From positions 147,555 to 211,554 of the forward strand of contig CAWJPT010000001.1 of NCBI GenBank assembly GCA_963844835.1: a stretch of 64,000 nucleotides of DNA, given 5' to 3'. This document shows positions 18,227-29,371 of the stretch, in pieces (positions within the stretch are counted from its first letter, which is position 1; each line of letters starts with the position of its first letter). Position numbers and translations under genes: made by a program. Source of the DNA: an uncultured bacterium (lineage in GTDB: Bacteria > Actinomycetota > Acidimicrobiia > Spongiisociales > UBA5794). The notes beneath the pieces were generated by a model. It did not search any database. It saw only the letters and a program-made list of their open reading frames with translations, and was not told the DNA's origin.

Positions 18227-18811
18227 CTACCAGCTGGCGACGCGGAGGTTGCCGTCGGCGTCGATCCACGCCTTGATCGTGATCGAGCCACCCCAGTAGC
18301 GGTAGAGGGTCAGCACCATGTCGCCGTCGCTCTCGTAGTAGTAGCTGCCGCTCCACCCGTAGTAGAGCGTGTAGTCGGAGAGAACGATCTGACCGTTCAC
18401 GACCTCGAAGGTGAATGAGCCGGCAGATGTGTCGATGGTCTGCTGTTGCACCGGTGCGGCGGTGGTTGTTGTCGTGCTCGCCGGCGCTGCGGTCGTTGTT
18501 GTTGTCGTTGTTGAGGTGGTCGTCGAGGTGGTGGTCGTGGATGTTGTGGTGCTCGTGGTCGACGCAGGTGCCTCGGTAGTAGGTGTCGCAGCTGCGCTTG
18601 TAGTCGTCGTCGCGGAAGGGTCGAGGGTGGTTGTGGTGCCGTGGCCGGCGCTCGCCGCGTTGTCCTCGATGCCGTCGAACTGATCGTTCATGCTGGTGCT
18701 GATGGCATTCATCGCCGCGACGGAAGGCAGGAGAACGAGCGAGGCGATCAGGGCATACTCGACCAGGGAGGCTCCTGCCTGGCTGCGTAGTCTTTCGAGC
18801 ATGCGTGTCAT
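18227..18811 (-). CDS. Flp-type prepilin-like protein with long Thr-rich linker and C-terminal beta-rich domain
   Basis: The N-terminus (RLRSQAG/ASLVEYALIASLVLL) fits the Flp G/xxxxEY processing motif. It is followed by about 65 aa that are mostly Thr/Ser/Ala/Pro, then a Tyr/Trp-rich ~70-aa domain. Confidence 0.6.
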   Translation of the reverse strand: MTRMLERLRSQAGASLVEYALIASLVLLPSVAAMNAISTSMNDQFDGIEDNAASAGHGTTTTLDPSATTTTSAAATPTTEAPASTTSTTTSTTTTSTTTSTTTTTTTAAPASTTTTTAAPVQQQTIDTSAGSFTFEVVNGQIVLSDYTLYYGWSGSYYYESDGDMVLTLYRYWGGSITIKAWIDADGNLRVASW

Positions 18812-18873
18812 TTCGCCACCTGCGCTGGATCTCTTTCCGTAAGACCTGTCGGCAGTGTGCAGGCAGTGTTAAA

Positions 18874-18893
18874 GCGTCATTACAAAATGACGC
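18874..18893 (-). terminator. greA terminator hairpin
   Basis: GCGTCATT-ttgt-AATGACGC on the minus strand, 21 nt after the greA stop, followed by TTT. Confidence 0.55.
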
Positions 18894-18914
18894 AAAGGGG
18901 CTAGTACGCGGTTT

Positions 18915-19388
18915 TTAGCCCTCGTAGACGCGAACGCTCTTGACGGTGAGGTTGAACGTTCCCCCGGGTGCCTGATAGGACCGGGTCTCGCCGGGGAGGG
19001 CGCCGAGCAGAGCGGAGCCGACCGGGCTGGTGGGGGAGGCAAGGATCATGCCGGGTACCTTGTTCTCCGCTGATGCGATGAAGTAATCCATTTCGTCGCC
19101 GTCCCCATCGACGACCGTTACCACCGTACCGATCTCGACCTTGCCGGAATCATCCGCGGCACGAACTTCCGAGTTCTCCAGGATGTGCTTTATCTGGCGG
19201 ATCCTGGCCTCCATGAGACCCTGATCGTTCTTGGCGGTGTCGTATTCGGCGTTCTCGCGGAGATCGCCGTGCTCGCGTGCCTCCGCAATTCGCTTCTCGA
19301 TGGCTCGACGACCTTCTGTTGTCAGGTTGTCGAGCTCTTCTTGCAGCTTGGCATGCGCCGCAGGGGTCAACCAGGTTGGATCACTCAT
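18915..19388 (-). CDS. greA: transcription elongation factor GreA
   Basis: 157 aa. Coiled-coil N-terminus (AREHGDLRENAEYDTAK) and C-terminal FKBP-like domain. Confidence 0.9.
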   Translation of the reverse strand: MSDPTWLTPAAHAKLQEELDNLTTEGRRAIEKRIAEAREHGDLRENAEYDTAKNDQGLMEARIRQIKHILENSEVRAADDSGKVEIGTVVTVVDGDGDEMDYFIASAENKVPGMILASPTSPVGSALLGALPGETRSYQAPGGTFNLTVKSVRVYEG

Positions 19389-19397
19389 AGATCCCCG

Positions 19398-19664
19398 TTA
19401 GCCGAGACTCTTGGCGACCTGCTTGGCGAGCCGGGACTTGCGGCGGGCAGCGGTGCTCTTGTGCAGGAGCCCCTTGCTGGCTGCCATGTCGAGACGTTTC
19501 TGAGCTTCGCGAACTGCCTCGTTGGCGGCTTCGGCATCGCCGGAGGCTGCAGCTTCGAGCGCATTACGGGTGCGCGTCTTCAGCTCGGAACGCATCGAGC
19601 GGTTCCGGAGCCGGGCCGCTTCGTTCTGCTTGTTGCGCTTCTTTTGGGATTTGATGTTGGCCAT
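19398..19664 (-). CDS. rpsT: 30S ribosomal protein S20
   Basis: 88 aa, [30 protein letters not shown]. Confidence 0.9.
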   Translation of the reverse strand: MANIKSQKKRNKQNEAARLRNRSMRSELKTRTRNALEAAASGDAEAANEAVREAQKRLDMAASKGLLHKSTAARRKSRLAKQVAKSLG

Positions 19665-19767
19665 GCGAAATAGACCTCTTGAGGTTTGGAGGAACGGCGA
19701 AACAATAGCAGCTACCGGCGAGCAGGTACAATGCTGGTCCGCCGCATCCGCTCAATCCCGGAATCCA

Positions 19768-21570
19768 ATGACCGACCTATCGCGCATACGCAACTTCTCG
19801 ATAATCGCGCACATCGACCATGGGAAGTCGACTCTGGCCGACCGTCTGCTGGAAGCGACCGGCGCAGTGTCGCAACGTGACATGCGCGAGCAGCTGCTCG
19901 ACACTATGGACCTGGAGCGGGAGCGCGGGATCACCATCAAGGCCAATGCAGTGCGGCTTCAGTACCGTGCTCATGACGGCCACACCTACACGCTGAACCT
20001 GATCGATACGCCGGGTCACGTTGACTTCTCCTACGAGGTTTCCCGAAGTCTGGCGGCGTGCGAGGGAGCGCTGTTGTTGGTGGACGCCGCCCAGGGAGTG
20101 GAAGCTCAGACACTGGCCAACGCATACCTCGCCATCGAAAACGGTCTCGAGATCATCCCGGTTGTGAACAAGATCGATCTGCCGTCTGCGGATCCCGACC
20201 GGGTGGCGGCAGAGCTCATCGGCATCGTCGGCGGTTCCGAAGACGATGTGATCCGGGTTTCGGCCAAGAGCGGGCTGGGCGTCGAGGAGCTCCTCGAAGC
20301 GATCGTGGCAAAGTTGCCTGCCCCGACCGGCTTGCCCGACGCACCGTTGCGGGCGATGGTCTTCGACAGTTACTACGACACATACCGCGGTGTCGTTTGC
20401 TCGGTGCGGGTGGTCGACGGGCGATTGGAGACAGGTCAGCAGCTGCGCTTCATGGCGACGGGTCTTGCCGAACTGGCGGATGAAATCGGTATTCTCGTGC
20501 CCAGGGCGACGCCGGTGCCGCTTCTCGAGACCGGCGATGTTGGCTACCTGATCACCGGGGTGAAGGAGATCGATCTCGTGCGGGTTGGCGACACCATCAC
20601 CGGCTCAGTCGAGCAAGCGGCTCAGGCCCTACCCGGCTACGAAGAGCCCAAGCCGATGGTGTTCTCGGGTCTGTTTCCCACCGATGGCGACGACTTCGAG
20701 AAGCTCAGGGAGGCGCTCGACAAGCTGCGCCTCAATGACTCGTCGCTCGTCTATCAGCCCGAGACTTCGCGGGCGCTCGGCTTTGGTTTCCGGTGTGGCT
20801 TCCTCGGGTTGCTGCACATGGAGATCGTGCGAGAGCGCCTGGAACGGGAGTACGACATGGATCTCGTGGCCACTGCGCCGTCCGTGGAGTATCGGGCGCA
20901 CCTGAACGACGGCTCGAGCATGCAGGTGCGTTCCCCGCAGGACCTGCCGGGGCCGCAGGTCCTGGCGAGCATTGCAGAGCCGTACGTGAAGGTGATGGTG
21001 ATCACGCCTGCCGAGTATGTGGGCACCGTCATGGAGTTGATCCAGCAGCGTCGCGGCGAGATGGGTGACATGACGTACCTCACCCCGGAGCGGGTCGAGC
21101 TGCACTATCAGGTCCCGCTCGCCGAGATCGTCTTCGACTTCTTCGACCAACTCAAGTCGCGGACCCGCGGCTACGCGTCGATGGACTACGAGCCGGGTGA
21201 CTATCGGGAGTCGGATCTCGTCAGGGTCAACATCCTGCTCAATGGGATCCCGGTCGATGCTTTCTCGTCGATCGTGCACAGGGAACGTGCCTACCGGTAC
21301 GGGAAGGCGATGGTGGAACGCCTCCGCACTCTCATCCCACGCCAGCTCTTCGATGTCCCCATTCAGGCCGCGGTCGGCACTCGGGTGATCGCCAGGGAGA
21401 CCATCAAGGCGCAGCGCAAGGACGTCACCGCAAAGTGCTACGGCGGCGATATCACTCGTAAGCGCAAGCTTCTGGAGCGACAGAAGGAAGGCAAGCGCCG
21501 GATGAAGATGGTCGGCCAGGTGGAGGTGCCTCAGGAAGCGTTCATCTCCGCGCTGCGGATCGATGAGTGA
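19768..21570 (+). CDS. lepA: translation elongation factor 4 (LepA)
   Basis: [35 protein letters not shown] and the LepA C-terminal domain. ATG 19768 lies inside the longer track ORF. Confidence 0.95.
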   Translation: MTDLSRIRNFSIIAHIDHGKSTLADRLLEATGAVSQRDMREQLLDTMDLERERGITIKANAVRLQYRAHDGHTYTLNLIDTPGHVDFSYEVSRSLAACEGALLLVDAAQGVEAQTLANAYLAIENGLEIIPVVNKIDLPSADPDRVAAELIGIVGGSEDDVIRVSAKSGLGVEELLEAIVAKLPAPTGLPDAPLRAMVFDSYYDTYRGVVCSVRVVDGRLETGQQLRFMATGLAELADEIGILVPRATPVPLLETGDVGYLITGVKEIDLVRVGDTITGSVEQAAQALPGYEEPKPMVFSGLFPTDGDDFEKLREALDKLRLNDSSLVYQPETSRALGFGFRCGFLGLLHMEIVRERLEREYDMDLVATAPSVEYRAHLNDGSSMQVRSPQDLPGPQVLASIAEPYVKVMVITPAEYVGTVMELIQQRRGEMGDMTYLTPERVELHYQVPLAEIVFDFFDQLKSRTRGYASMDYEPGDYRESDLVRVNILLNGIPVDAFSSIVHRERAYRYGKAMVERLRTLIPRQLFDVPIQAAVGTRVIARETIKAQRKDVTAKCYGGDITRKRKLLERQKEGKRRMKMVGQVEVPQEAFISALRIDE

Positions 21571-22723
21571 GCACCCGGGTGGCGTAGATGCCGCTGCGGC
21601 AGAACGCGCCGCATATGTCCACATTCCCTTCTGTCGTCGCCGGTGCCCTTACTGCGATTTCGCCGTCTTCGACTTGTCGCGGGGAAATGCGGAAGTCGAG
21701 CGGTATGTTGCTGCGCTCGTCGCCGAGATAGAGATGGAACCGGATTGGGCACCGCTACACGCGGTCAATCTCGGCGGCGGGACACCTTCAACTCTCTCTC
21801 CCGGCCAGATCGACGAGATCATCGAGGCGCTTCGTCGTCGCTTCGGTTTGATGCCGGGTGCCGAGATCAGCATCGAGGCCAATCCGGAGGATTGGCACAC
21901 GGGATACGCCGTAGCCCTTGCCGACCACGGTGTCACCCGGGTGTCCCTCGGAGTCCAGTCATTTGACGCCGACGTGCTCCACTACCTGGGACGGCTCCAC
22001 ACCCCGGAGGAAGCTGCGACGGCGGTGGCGGCGGGCCGCACCGCCGGCATCCGATCCGTCAACGTCGATCTCATCTTTGGATCACCGATCGAGACGCTCG
22101 AGTCGTGGCGATCAACGGTGACGGCGGCCCTCGATACCGGTCCCGATCACGTATCGGCATATGCGCTGACCGTCGAGTTGGGCACCGCACTGTCGCGTGC
22201 GGTGCAGGCGGGGGCCGCCGCCCCGGATGATGACGACCAGGCCGACAAGTACGAGTGGTTTGATTCGGCCGCAGCTGACGCGGGGCTGGAACGGTATGAG
22301 GTTTCCAACTGGGCGAAACCCGGTCATGCCTGCCGGTACAACTCGACGACGTGGGCACACGGAGAGTACGCAGCCTTCGGATTGGGGGCGCACGGCTTCA
22401 GGAACGGCATCCGGAGTCGCAACGTGCGACGCATCGATCGCTACCTGGAACTGGTCGAGGCCGGTATGCGGCCGGTGGCCGGTACCGAGCAGCTGGCAGG
22501 TTTCGAGCGCGATCGGGAGCGGTTGTTCGTCGGTATCCGTCGTACCGGTGGCGTCCGGCTCGGGGTGGCCGGCAGGCGCTTTGTGGAATCCGCCGCGGGC
22601 AGAAGACTCATCGGAGCGGGAGTGGTGCGGCGCAGGGACGATCGTCTCGTGGTGGTGAACCCACTGTTGACAGACGCCGTCGCCAGGGAAATCCTCGCAA
22701 TCAGTCCGGAGAGTCATCGCTGA
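21563..22723 (+). CDS. hemW: radical SAM heme chaperone HemW
   Basis: [16 protein letters not shown] (CxxxCxxC). Overlaps the lepA stop, a conserved lepA-hemW pairing. Confidence 0.85.
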   Translation: MSEHPGGVDAAAAERAAYVHIPFCRRRCPYCDFAVFDLSRGNAEVERYVAALVAEIEMEPDWAPLHAVNLGGGTPSTLSPGQIDEIIEALRRRFGLMPGAEISIEANPEDWHTGYAVALADHGVTRVSLGVQSFDADVLHYLGRLHTPEEAATAVAAGRTAGIRSVNVDLIFGSPIETLESWRSTVTAALDTGPDHVSAYALTVELGTALSRAVQAGAAAPDDDDQADKYEWFDSAAADAGLERYEVSNWAKPGHACRYNSTTWAHGEYAAFGLGAHGFRNGIRSRNVRRIDRYLELVEAGMRPVAGTEQLAGFERDRERLFVGIRRTGGVRLGVAGRRFVESAAGRRLIGAGVVRRRDDRLVVVNPLLTDAVAREILAISPESHR

Positions 22724-24710
22724 CCGGTGGGGCGACGACGTCACGCACTGAGGCACGGTTCGCCGCCTCACAGAAGATCGTGAGCTCGTCTCCGACCTGG
22801 ATCTTGGTATCGCCGTGAGGGATGAGCACGCTCTGGTACCGCCTGATCGAGACGAGAGTCGCTTCAGGAGGCCAGGCGACTTCTTTGACCGCGTGGCCTG
22901 CGACCGGCGATTCGTCGCGAACGAGAATCTCGAAGAAATCTGCCTGCCGGTTGCCGCGCAGATTGACCCGTGCGCGGTACAGGGCATTGCTCGTGGAGCG
23001 CGTCAACGCGTGGTGGTAGGCGCGAACCACCGATTCACGCCGGAACATCCCGATCAGCTTCCCGTTCGCATCCACCACCGGCAGTCTGCCGAGTCCGAGT
23101 GACGCCATCCTGGCCAGTGCCGCTGAGACCGGCATGGTGGGTGACGCCGAGATGGGCTGTTTGGTCATGATCGTGGATACGGGTATCCCGGTCGTGTCTT
23201 CCAACAGCGCAATGGCTTCCATATCGGTCACGGTCACAATCCCGACCATGGCCCCGTTGTCGTTGACCACGGGCACACCGTGGTGACCCGTCTCCGTCAG
23301 CATTCGGTCCAGCTCGTCGAGGGTTGCCGTGGCGTTGATGGTGGGGACCCACGCCATGACATCCCGGACGAGCACAGTGTCGAGCACGTCGCGATCCTCG
23401 TGCTGAGGCAGGTGAATTCCTTTCCGGCGCAATGCTGAGATATAGGTGCTTCCGGGGTGGATGCGGTCCGCGATCACAGTCGCGATTATCGAGGTGAGGG
23501 CGAGGGGAAGCACCATTCCGTAAGAACCGGTCAACTCGAACACGAGAAGGATCGCGGTCAGAGGTGCTCTCACTACCACCGTCAGCATCGCAGCCATACC
23601 CACGAGTGCGTAGGCGCCCGGACTCACTGCCGATGCCGTCCATACCGTTGACAGCAGGAGGCCGAAACCGGCGCCGATGGTGCCGCCAACCACCATCGAG
23701 GGCATGAACGATCCGACGCTGCCACCGCCGCCGTGGGTAACCGAGGCAGTGACGATCTTGCTCACGGCGATGAGCAGAAGCAGGCCGACGCTGAGGAACC
23801 CTGGTCGCACCGAGCGGAGCAGTGAGCGCAAGAAGTCCTGGCCCGTGCCCAGCGCCTCGGGCCGTACCAACCCGATGAGCCCGACCGTCAACCCGGCGAG
23901 GCCCGGTTTCACCCAGCCCGGTTTCAGCTTGGTGCCGGCGGTGTCGGCGAAATGCATCAGCTTCAGATAAAGGTATCCGAACGCCACCATCACGATCGCC
24001 AACAGGGCGAACATGACCAGTTGCCGTGGATCGTCCATGCGATAGGCCGGGCTGCGGAGGAAGGAGTCCTCACCGACGATGGCGTGTGTGGTCACCGATG
24101 CGGCAACGGAGACGACGACCACCGAGTTGAGGTGACGCAGCGACACCGAGCCGAGCAGCACCTCGAGTGCAAACAACATGCCCGCGATCGGGGCGTTGAA
24201 CACTGCGCCGATGCCGGCACCGGCACCCGCAGCGACGAATGCCTGCACCTCGTCCTGGCCGTAGCGGCTGGAGCGGGCGAATGCCGATCCGATGGCGGCA
24301 CCGATCAGCACGATCGGCCCCTCGCGCCCTCCCGATGCTCCAGTACCGAGGCTCAAGCCCGTTGCGACGATCTTGCCCGGAATCAATCGACTCGGTAAAT
24401 AGCCGGCCTCCAGTGATAGTGAGGTCATCACCTCTCCGACACCGCCGCCCGCAACGCCGGGGCCCAGGAAGTAGTCGATTGCCCAGGTGAGGATCATCCC
24501 GAGGACGACTGCGATGACGATGACGAACTCGAAGCCGGCCCGGTCGTCGAGGTACTCGACGAACTTGCGGATATACTCGATGGTCAGCACGAGCGTGGCA
24601 GCCCCGGCCCCGACGAGGACGCCGAGGAACAAGGAGGCCCCTACGAAGGTGCTGGAGCGACCGCGAGCGAAGCTGCCCCGGGCGATGTTGCGAAGCTGTG
24701 CCATCACCAT
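22701..24710 (-). CDS. ClC-family chloride channel with CBS pair and TrkA-C domains
   Basis: 669 aa. Motifs GREGP and GAVFNAPIAG. C-terminal CBS repeats and an RCK_C-like end. Confidence 0.85.
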   Translation of the reverse strand: MVMAQLRNIARGSFARGRSSTFVGASLFLGVLVGAGAATLVLTIEYIRKFVEYLDDRAGFEFVIVIAVVLGMILTWAIDYFLGPGVAGGGVGEVMTSLSLEAGYLPSRLIPGKIVATGLSLGTGASGGREGPIVLIGAAIGSAFARSSRYGQDEVQAFVAAGAGAGIGAVFNAPIAGMLFALEVLLGSVSLRHLNSVVVVSVAASVTTHAIVGEDSFLRSPAYRMDDPRQLVMFALLAIVMVAFGYLYLKLMHFADTAGTKLKPGWVKPGLAGLTVGLIGLVRPEALGTGQDFLRSLLRSVRPGFLSVGLLLLIAVSKIVTASVTHGGGGSVGSFMPSMVVGGTIGAGFGLLLSTVWTASAVSPGAYALVGMAAMLTVVVRAPLTAILLVFELTGSYGMVLPLALTSIIATVIADRIHPGSTYISALRRKGIHLPQHEDRDVLDTVLVRDVMAWVPTINATATLDELDRMLTETGHHGVPVVNDNGAMVGIVTVTDMEAIALLEDTTGIPVSTIMTKQPISASPTMPVSAALARMASLGLGRLPVVDANGKLIGMFRRESVVRAYHHALTRSTSNALYRARVNLRGNRQADFFEILVRDESPVAGHAVKEVAWPPEATLVSIRRYQSVLIPHGDTKIQVGDELTIFCEAANRASVRDVVAPPVSDDSPD

Positions 24711-24779
24711 GACGGTACCGTGCCGGAGAGCAGTCGAGCGTCATTGCTCTCCCGCGGCTTCCTCTCGCTGACCCGATGC

Positions 24780-24806
24780 TTATCACTCTCACCGTGAGAG
24801 TGCTAA
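24780..24806. promoter_or_regulatory. CIRCE operator (HrcA binding site)
   Basis: TTATCACTC-N9-GAGTGCTAA versus consensus TTAGCACTC-N9-GAGTGCTAA. Lies 10 nt upstream of the hrcA ATG. Confidence 0.85.
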
Positions 24807-24815
24807 ATTCGGAGG

Positions 24816-25817
24816 ATGCTCGATGACCGCAGATCCATTGTGCTGCAGGCGCTGGTTGAGGAATACATCCGGACCGGACAGCCGGTCAGCTCGCGTGCCG
24901 TGTTGCAGCGTTGCTCGGTGGACGTGTCGAGCGCGACCATCCGTAACGACCTCGCCAAGCTCGAGTCGTACGGATTCGTGACCCAACCGCATACGTCTGC
25001 AGGTCGGGTACCGACGCCCGCCGGCTACCGGTATTACGTCGACCATTGTTCCCCGACGAGACTGCGCTCGGCGACGCGAGAGCGAATCGAGTCGTTCTTT
25101 GCCGACTTTCACGAGGAGTTGAGCAAGCTGCTGCGACAGACAAGCGGGCTCCTCTCCGAGATCTCGCACTATCCGGCCGTGGTGATGGGACCGGGATTCG
25201 GCGATGAGGTGGTCAGGGCACTGCATCTCGCTCATCTCGGCGGGCCGGTCGTGATGGCCGTCACCATCGGCACCACCGGCCGGGTGGGTCAGGACGTCGT
25301 CAAGCTGTCCTTTCTGCCGACAGATGACGAGCTCGATCAGGCTGAGCGGATCCTTGCTGAGGCTTTTGAGGGGGTCACGCTCACGAGCGGGGTCGGCGTC
25401 ATTGCTGCTCTCCCCGGCGATCAGTTGCCCGAGCATGTGATGAGGATCGTCAGAGCCATCGGAGATACGGCAATCGCATCGGTCGATGCCACCCGCGAGC
25501 TGTATGTGGGTGGCACCAGCCAGCTTGCGTCACTCTGGCAGGATCTGGGCAAGGTGCACACGATGCTGGAGCTTCTGGAGCAGCATCAACACGTTCGCAG
25601 GCTGCTCGACAGCGGGGCGGACGGCACCTCCGTCCAGCTGGGAACGGAGACCGAGATGATCGACGCCGACTTCGCCGTTGTCTCGACGGCTTTCAGCGTC
25701 GGTACGACCGGCAGGGGCAGAGTCGGCTTGCTCGGGCCGATGCGGATGGACTATCGGCGAGCGATCCGAATAGTCGAAGAGGTCGGTGATGGGCTCGAGG
25801 ACAGTCTCGGGGCATGA
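24816..25817 (+). CDS. hrcA: heat-inducible transcription repressor HrcA
   Basis: [29 protein letters not shown] ... [17 protein letters not shown] element upstream and dnaJ downstream. Confidence 0.9.
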   Translation: MLDDRRSIVLQALVEEYIRTGQPVSSRAVLQRCSVDVSSATIRNDLAKLESYGFVTQPHTSAGRVPTPAGYRYYVDHCSPTRLRSATRERIESFFADFHEELSKLLRQTSGLLSEISHYPAVVMGPGFGDEVVRALHLAHLGGPVVMAVTIGTTGRVGQDVVKLSFLPTDDELDQAERILAEAFEGVTLTSGVGVIAALPGDQLPEHVMRIVRAIGDTAIASVDATRELYVGGTSQLASLWQDLGKVHTMLELLEQHQHVRRLLDSGADGTSVQLGTETEMIDADFAVVSTAFSVGTTGRGRVGLLGPMRMDYRRAIRIVEEVGDGLEDSLGA

Positions 25818-26917
25818 AGGACTACTACCAGATCCTCGGGGTCACGCGCGACTCGAGTCAGGAAGAGATCAAGAAGGCCTTTCGTAGGCTCGCCAGGGAG
25901 ACTCACCCGGATGCCAATCCAGATGACCCACAGGCAGAGGCCCGATTCCGAGAGATTGCCGAGGCCTACGAGATCCTCTCCGATCCGAATCGGCGCGCCG
26001 CATACGATCGCGGCGAGCAGTTCGGTGCCGGAGATCTGTTCAGCAACTTTGGTGGCCTCGACGAGATCCTGCAGCAGTTCTTTGGAGCCGGGTTCGGTGG
26101 TTTTGGTGGTTTTGGCGGCACCCGTCGCCGTGGACCGGCTCGCGGCCGTGATCTCGGCGTATCCGTCGATCTGACCCTTGCCGAGGCCGCCACAGGGGTG
26201 AGCCGAACCATCGAAGTCGCGGCACCCGAGCGGTGCGATGTTTGCTCGGGCTCGGGCGCGGAGCCGGGCCATGAGCCACGGCGTTGCCCGACCTGCAACG
26301 GGGTGGGACAGGTCCAGGTGGCGCGGCAGACGATGTTGGGGCAAATGATGACCGTGACGGACTGCACCACCTGCAGGGGCCGCGGTGAGATCGTCGACAA
26401 TCCGTGCAGCAACTGCTCGGGCACGGGGCGGGTAGATGCCCAGCACACACTGAGCGTTGAGATCCCTCCCGGGGTCGACGACGGCACCCGGTTGCGGTTG
26501 TCGGGCCGCGGTGCGGTTGGAGAGCGAGGTGCTCCAGCGGGCGATCTGTACGTCCAGGTTCGAGTCGCCCCCGATCCCAACTTCACTCGCGTCGGCAACG
26601 ACCTCCATCACAAGGTGAGGATCGGGATTTCTGAAGCGGTTCTCGGCAGGACTATCGCAGTTCCGCTCGTCGATGGGTCAACCACTGATGTCGACATCCC
26701 GGCGGGAACGCAATCAGGGGCCGTGTTCCGTCTCGGAAAGCGAGGGATGCCGCGTCTGCAACGGCGCGGCCACGGCGATCTCCTCATCGAGGTCGATGTT
26801 GTGATCCCATCAGACCTCCCCGCCGAAGCAGAAGATGCTTTGCGGCAGTACGCCGAATTGATGGGCGAAGCACCCGCAGAGTCGAAGCGACGGCTGCGCC
26901 GAAAGCGCAAGCGGTAA
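25814..26917 (+). CDS. dnaJ: molecular chaperone DnaJ
   Basis: J domain (DYYQILGV ... HPD), G/F region and four CxxCxGxG zinc-finger repeats. Confidence 0.95.
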   Translation: MKDYYQILGVTRDSSQEEIKKAFRRLARETHPDANPDDPQAEARFREIAEAYEILSDPNRRAAYDRGEQFGAGDLFSNFGGLDEILQQFFGAGFGGFGGFGGTRRRGPARGRDLGVSVDLTLAEAATGVSRTIEVAAPERCDVCSGSGAEPGHEPRRCPTCNGVGQVQVARQTMLGQMMTVTDCTTCRGRGEIVDNPCSNCSGTGRVDAQHTLSVEIPPGVDDGTRLRLSGRGAVGERGAPAGDLYVQVRVAPDPNFTRVGNDLHHKVRIGISEAVLGRTIAVPLVDGSTTDVDIPAGTQSGAVFRLGKRGMPRLQRRGHGDLLIEVDVVIPSDLPAEAEDALRQYAELMGEAPAESKRRLRRKRKR

Positions 26918-26919
26918 TC

Positions 26920-27588
26920 GTGGCCCGGCATCAGCCTCATCTGCTTGTTGACGTGTCGGCAGGGGGCGATCGAATCGACCTCGACCGACAGGCCAGGCAT
27001 CATCTGGAGCGTGTGCTCCGCTATCCGGCAGGGGGTCCCGTCAGCTATACCGACGGTGCGGGTCTGATGGGAGAGGGCACCGTCGGAGCGGGGGTCGTCG
27101 TGCGCGGTGATGAGACCAGATTGCCGCGGCCGAGCCCGGTGAGCGTCGCCGTCGCCGCTCCACACGACACTGCCCGAGCTCGATTCCTGGTCGAGAAGCT
27201 CGGCGAGCTCGGGGTGATCCGCCTGATCTGGCTGAGTACCGCACACGGGCAGGGTCGACCTCCAAAGAGAGAGAAGGCGAGCGCTTGGGCCAGGGCGGCG
27301 CTCGAGCAATCGCGAGGAGCCTGGTTATTGGAATTTGGTGAGCTCACCGAGGTTTCCGATGTCGCCAGATGGGGAACGCCGGTCTTCGCCGACCCGGATG
27401 GCGCAGCGCCCGTTGCAGCTGCGCAGATTGCCGACCCGGTGCTGTGTGTCGGGCCCGAAGGCGGTTTCGGCCCTGACGAGATCCCACCGGGTGGATTGCG
27501 AGTTTGTCTCGGAGCGACGGTGCTGCGGGTGGAGACAGCCGCTATCGCAGGAGCGGTCTTGCTGGGGCACATTGTGGCGATCTCGTAG
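26920..27588 (+). CDS. rsmE: 16S rRNA (uracil1498-N3)-methyltransferase RsmE
   Basis: 222 aa with CVGPEGGF motif near the C-terminus. Conserved dnaJ-rsmE order. Confidence 0.8.
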   Translation: MARHQPHLLVDVSAGGDRIDLDRQARHHLERVLRYPAGGPVSYTDGAGLMGEGTVGAGVVVRGDETRLPRPSPVSVAVAAPHDTARARFLVEKLGELGVIRLIWLSTAHGQGRPPKREKASAWARAALEQSRGAWLLEFGELTEVSDVARWGTPVFADPDGAAPVAAAQIADPVLCVGPEGGFGPDEIPPGGLRVCLGATVLRVETAAIAGAVLLGHIVAIS

Positions 27589-27627
27589 CACCGGAAGAAC
27601 GATCCAGGCGATCACCACACTCCTAGA

Positions 27628-27667
27628 CTGATGTCAGCGTGGCGCTGACTGGTCAGTGGCCAGTCAG
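27628..27667. promoter_or_regulatory. cluster of CTGA..TCAG palindromes in the AT-richer leader of the XRE regulator
   Basis: CTGAtgTCAG (27628-37), CTGActggTCAG (27645-56), and CTGACTGG/CCAGTCAG (27645-52 / 27660-67). Confidence 0.35.
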
Positions 27668-27782
27668 TAATTAGGTATTCATTTGCATGTGACAAGACAT
27701 CGCAGTAACGCTGGGTTATGATGTTGGCTACGCAGAGCGGTCAAGCTGCGTGTAGCTCTGTGAGGGGCCGAGGAGAAGACTG

Positions 27783-28256
27783 ATGCCTACATACAACGAG
27801 ATGGTGGGAGAACGGCTTCGTTCCATAAGGCGACAGCGGGGTTTGTCGCTCCAGGATGTGCAGAAGCTGTCTGACCAGGAGTTCAAGGCTGCGGTTCTGG
27901 GAGCTTATGAGCGTGGCGAGCGGAGTCTCTCGTTGCCTCGTCTCCAACGGTTGGCTCAGTTCTTCAGCGTGCCGATCTTGCAGTTACTGCCGCAGGACGA
28001 TGGCCCGACGCCCAATGCGGCCGCTGAGGGTATCACCATCGACCTGAACCAGGTAGAGAGGCTCTCCGGCCAGGACGGTCAGGTGGTGGAGCGGTTCCTA
28101 CGTGGGATCCAGATGCTCCGTCAGGACTTCAACGGCCGGGTGCTCACGATCCGGGCCAACGACCTGCGGATGCTGGCGATGTTGCTCGACCAGTCAGAAG
28201 AGGGATTCAGCGAGCGCCTGACGGAGCTCGGTGTCACCTCAGACGGGGGCGAGTAG
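27783..28256 (+). CDS. XRE-family helix-turn-helix transcriptional regulator
   Basis: GERLRSIRRQRGLSLQDVQKLS ... LGAYERGERSLSLPRLQRLAQFF. Confidence 0.75.
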   Translation: MPTYNEMVGERLRSIRRQRGLSLQDVQKLSDQEFKAAVLGAYERGERSLSLPRLQRLAQFFSVPILQLLPQDDGPTPNAAAEGITIDLNQVERLSGQDGQVVERFLRGIQMLRQDFNGRVLTIRANDLRMLAMLLDQSEEGFSERLTELGVTSDGGE

Positions 28257-28365
28257 GGCCGACAGGCTTCTGGCAATTTCTGCCAAGCGGTTTTCCGCCT
28301 GTCCAACGCGTCTCGATATACTGCCGCCTCTGCGAAACTGTGTGTTTCCAGAGGAAGTCAAACGA

Positions 28366-29371
28366 TTGATTCTCTCCGTGACGACCCCTTCTGCAACCCA
28401 GATCCGTATTCGCGTTCCCAGCAATCACCTGATGGTCGATCTGCTGGGGGAGCGAGACTGCTACCTGAAACAGGTAGAGACCGCCTTCCCCGAAGCGCGG
28501 ATCGTCGCCGCGTGGCAACGAGATCGTCATCGACAATGCCGGATCTGAACGAGATGCTGCGACATGGTGCGCACGGTGTTCGACGAGCTGCTCATCCTCA
28601 TCCAGGAAGGGGAGGCTCTCGACGAGGACCGGGTGAGCGCGGGTCATCGACATGGTCAAGAAGGACGTCCCCTCGCCGTCCGGGGTATTCACGGACTCGA
28701 TCAACGTCGGTCGGGGCAAGCATGTGCGTCCCAAGACCCACGGTCAGAAGGTCTACGTGGATGCGGTCCGGGACAACACGATGGTCTTCGGGATCGGTCC
28801 CGCCGGCACCGGCAAGACGTACCTGGCGATGGCCTGTGCCATCGAAGCTCTTCGATCGGGCTCGGTGCGGCGGATGATCCTCACCCGTCCGGCCGTTGAG
28901 GCAGGGGAGCGGCTGGGTTTCCTCCCTGGTGATCTCACCGCCAAGGTCGATCCCTATCTGCGTCCGCTGTACGACGCCCTTTATGAGATGCTTGGGCCGG
29001 AGGAGACCGCGCGGTTGATGGAGAAGGGAACTATTGAGATAGCTCCGCTCGCTTATATGAGAGGAAGGACTCTCAACGACGCGTTCGTGGTGCTGGACGA
29101 GGCGCAGAACACGTCACCCGAGCAGATGAAGATGTTCCTCACCAGGCTGGGGTTCAACTCGAAGATGATCATCACCGGTGACATCACCCAGGTCGATCTC
29201 GACGGCGGGCGGCCGTCGGGTCTGCGGACGATTCGCAGGGTGCTGCACAACGTGCCCGGGATCGCCTTTGTCGAGTTGACCGGTCAGGACGTCGTGCGGC
29301 ACAGGATCGTCGCTGCCATCGTCGAGGCCTACCGCCGGTACGAGGAGCGGCTGCAGGAGAGGCAGAAATGA
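28366..29371 (+). CDS. phoH: PhoH-like ATPase (three frame discontinuities in this sequence)
   Basis: [18 protein letters not shown] and [10 protein letters not shown] in ORF 28652-29371. The N-terminal part ([16 protein letters not shown] ... [11 protein letters not shown] ... [19 protein letters not shown]) is split by shifts near 28510, 28560 and 28641. TTG 28366 is preceded by AGGAAG. Confidence 0.85.

Noticed and set aside
24711-24779. Fluoride riboswitch upstream of the ClC channel gene.
   Set aside because: The minus-strand leader has only a simple 8-bp hairpin and lacks the crcB-motif conserved segments. The channel also carries CBS and TrkA-C domains, which are atypical of fluoride-specific CLC-F proteins.
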